From contig CM060733.1 in the NCBI GenBank assembly GCA_030704615.1, forward strand, positions 59,954,001 through 60,018,000: a DNA stretch of 64,000 nt. The letters run 5' to 3'. Position 1 is the stretch's first letter. Every line of letters begins with the position of its first letter. The DNA comes from Takakia lepidozioides (lineage: Eukaryota; Plantae; Bryophyta). Below, piece by piece: positions 62,762-64,000 of this stretch. The translations under genes were made by a program, and so were the position numbers. The notes under the pieces are model-generated. The model was not told the DNA's origin. It made no database searches and worked only from the letters and a program-made list of their open reading frames with translations.

Positions 62762-63330
62762 CACTACATCACTATCTTATGCATGACTCCAGGTGCCACG
62801 CACGCAGTCACGGCTATGACTTGCAAAATGCAGTCCTAAAGACTAGTCGCTATGACAGGGTTTTTTTCACTATAGAGTGAAGTAGTCATGAACGCATATA
62901 GGACTGAAAAAATAGTCATATGTGCAGTCATAAAAACACTCATCTGTTGTAGTGATATTTAGCAGACACTCATACCTTAGCAGACAATCTGGACTTCAGC
63001 AGACAAAAACATTTCAGAAGACCTAATTATGGACATATACAGTCTGGTGAAGTCTTCCACAGATGAGCAGACTACGCGACAACACAAAAAATAGGTCTGT
63101 CGGCTTCAGCACAAGTCGGTTCATACGGGAGCTAACTGCTATGCAGCAAAACACACACGATCCATTGGGCATTCGGAGCTCTATTGACCATTCAGCAGAC
63201 CACAAGACTCAGCAGACCATGGCAATGAGCAGACCACTGCCTTTAGCAGACTCCAGAGACTGGGGTAGAATAAGTAAGAGACCGAACTATGGACGTGCAT
63301 AGTCTGCTGAAGTTCAGCAGACTAATCGAC
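62762..63330. mobile_element. CACTA-like remnant(s): CACTAC..GTAGTG ends with subterminal repeats
   Basis: CACTACATCA at 62762 and TGTTGTAGTG ending at 62954, with many TAGTCAT/ATGACT motifs, then AGCAGAC repeats to ~63330. No matching 3-bp TSD. Confidence 0.45.
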
Positions 63331-64000
63331 AGTAGTCCCAAAAAAATGCATAAAATTGCAGGAATGGTTTGATAGCATTACCTCGTCAAGTATGTTGCCC
63401 GCATCGCCATCATGCATGGCATTCAACCACTTTTCTTCGGCTTCCCGAATACTTGATGTTATCCGTCTTGTCTGCACATATCTGAAGAAAAAGGGGAAGA
63501 ACTGCGGATCGTCTTGGGGTGGGCAGACTGGTGGGAGAACGCCAAACCAAAATAGGTGCAACGTTCCCGGGCAGGCTGGACCCGTAGACTTGTGGGTGGT
63601 CTTTTCAGGTCCCATATCTTCGGTATGCCCAACCCGCAGACCAGGCTGCTGGTCTCCTGGGCGGTGTGGGCAAGAGAGGTGTTGTCGTCCAGGCTGTCTA
63701 TGAGCATGTCCAAGTTTGTCCTCTCAGATAAGGCAATATCCACTGCACTGGACAGTGGACCTTGCCCTTCGAAGTCATTATTTCGGATGATGTGACATAA
63801 TATATGACTAGCATGTTTATGCCACGTGTCATCAAGAATGTCTCTGAAAATAATTTAATAGTTATATTTGTAATTTTAAATTCTTAAATTTATATTTTAT
63901 TTTTGAAAACAGGGGATAGCAGCTTGGAATTTTTTATTAAATGGTATTAATGTTTAATTTAATAATGTAGATTAAACAAACTTCAAAATAGACTTGCATA

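Overview
Eukaryotic DNA from a land plant, probably a non-seed plant such as a bryophyte or lycophyte (inferred from TTTAGGG repeats, spliceosomal introns and a GUN1 gene). The window has two compartments. Positions ~37.5-59.4 kb hold three intact, intron-rich genes: an At1g16080-like plastid protein (-), VPS50/syndetin (-) and GUN1 PPR-SMR (+). Positions 1-37 kb are a dense, decaying mobile-element block with four main parts. (1) A >16 kb Mutator-like element encodes a GCM-like/DDE/SWIM transposase head-to-head with an intron-containing ParB-like + beta-class amino-DNA-methyltransferase gene. It carries arrays of a 22-bp palindrome spaced 53/63 bp apart, i.e. whole helical turns. A diverged paralog of the ParB-MTase gene at 27.5-30.4 kb has its own 116-bp hairpin array with the same TGCG-N4-CGCA core. 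(2) A head-to-tail chain of telomere-repeat-bounded Penelope/Athena-like units has seven minimal type I hammerhead ribozyme motifs, a coiled-coil ORF1 and a -1 frameshift signal into an RT remnant. (3) A Ty3/Gypsy-like fragment carries a C5 cytosine methyltransferase. (4) A tRNA-derived SINE has two different hAT-type elements inserted at the same 8-bp target site. The best candidates for undescribed systems are the ParB-MTase/phased-palindrome transposon and the telomere-primed hammerhead 'retrozyme' chain. All protein calls come from motif recognition by eye; no database searches were run.
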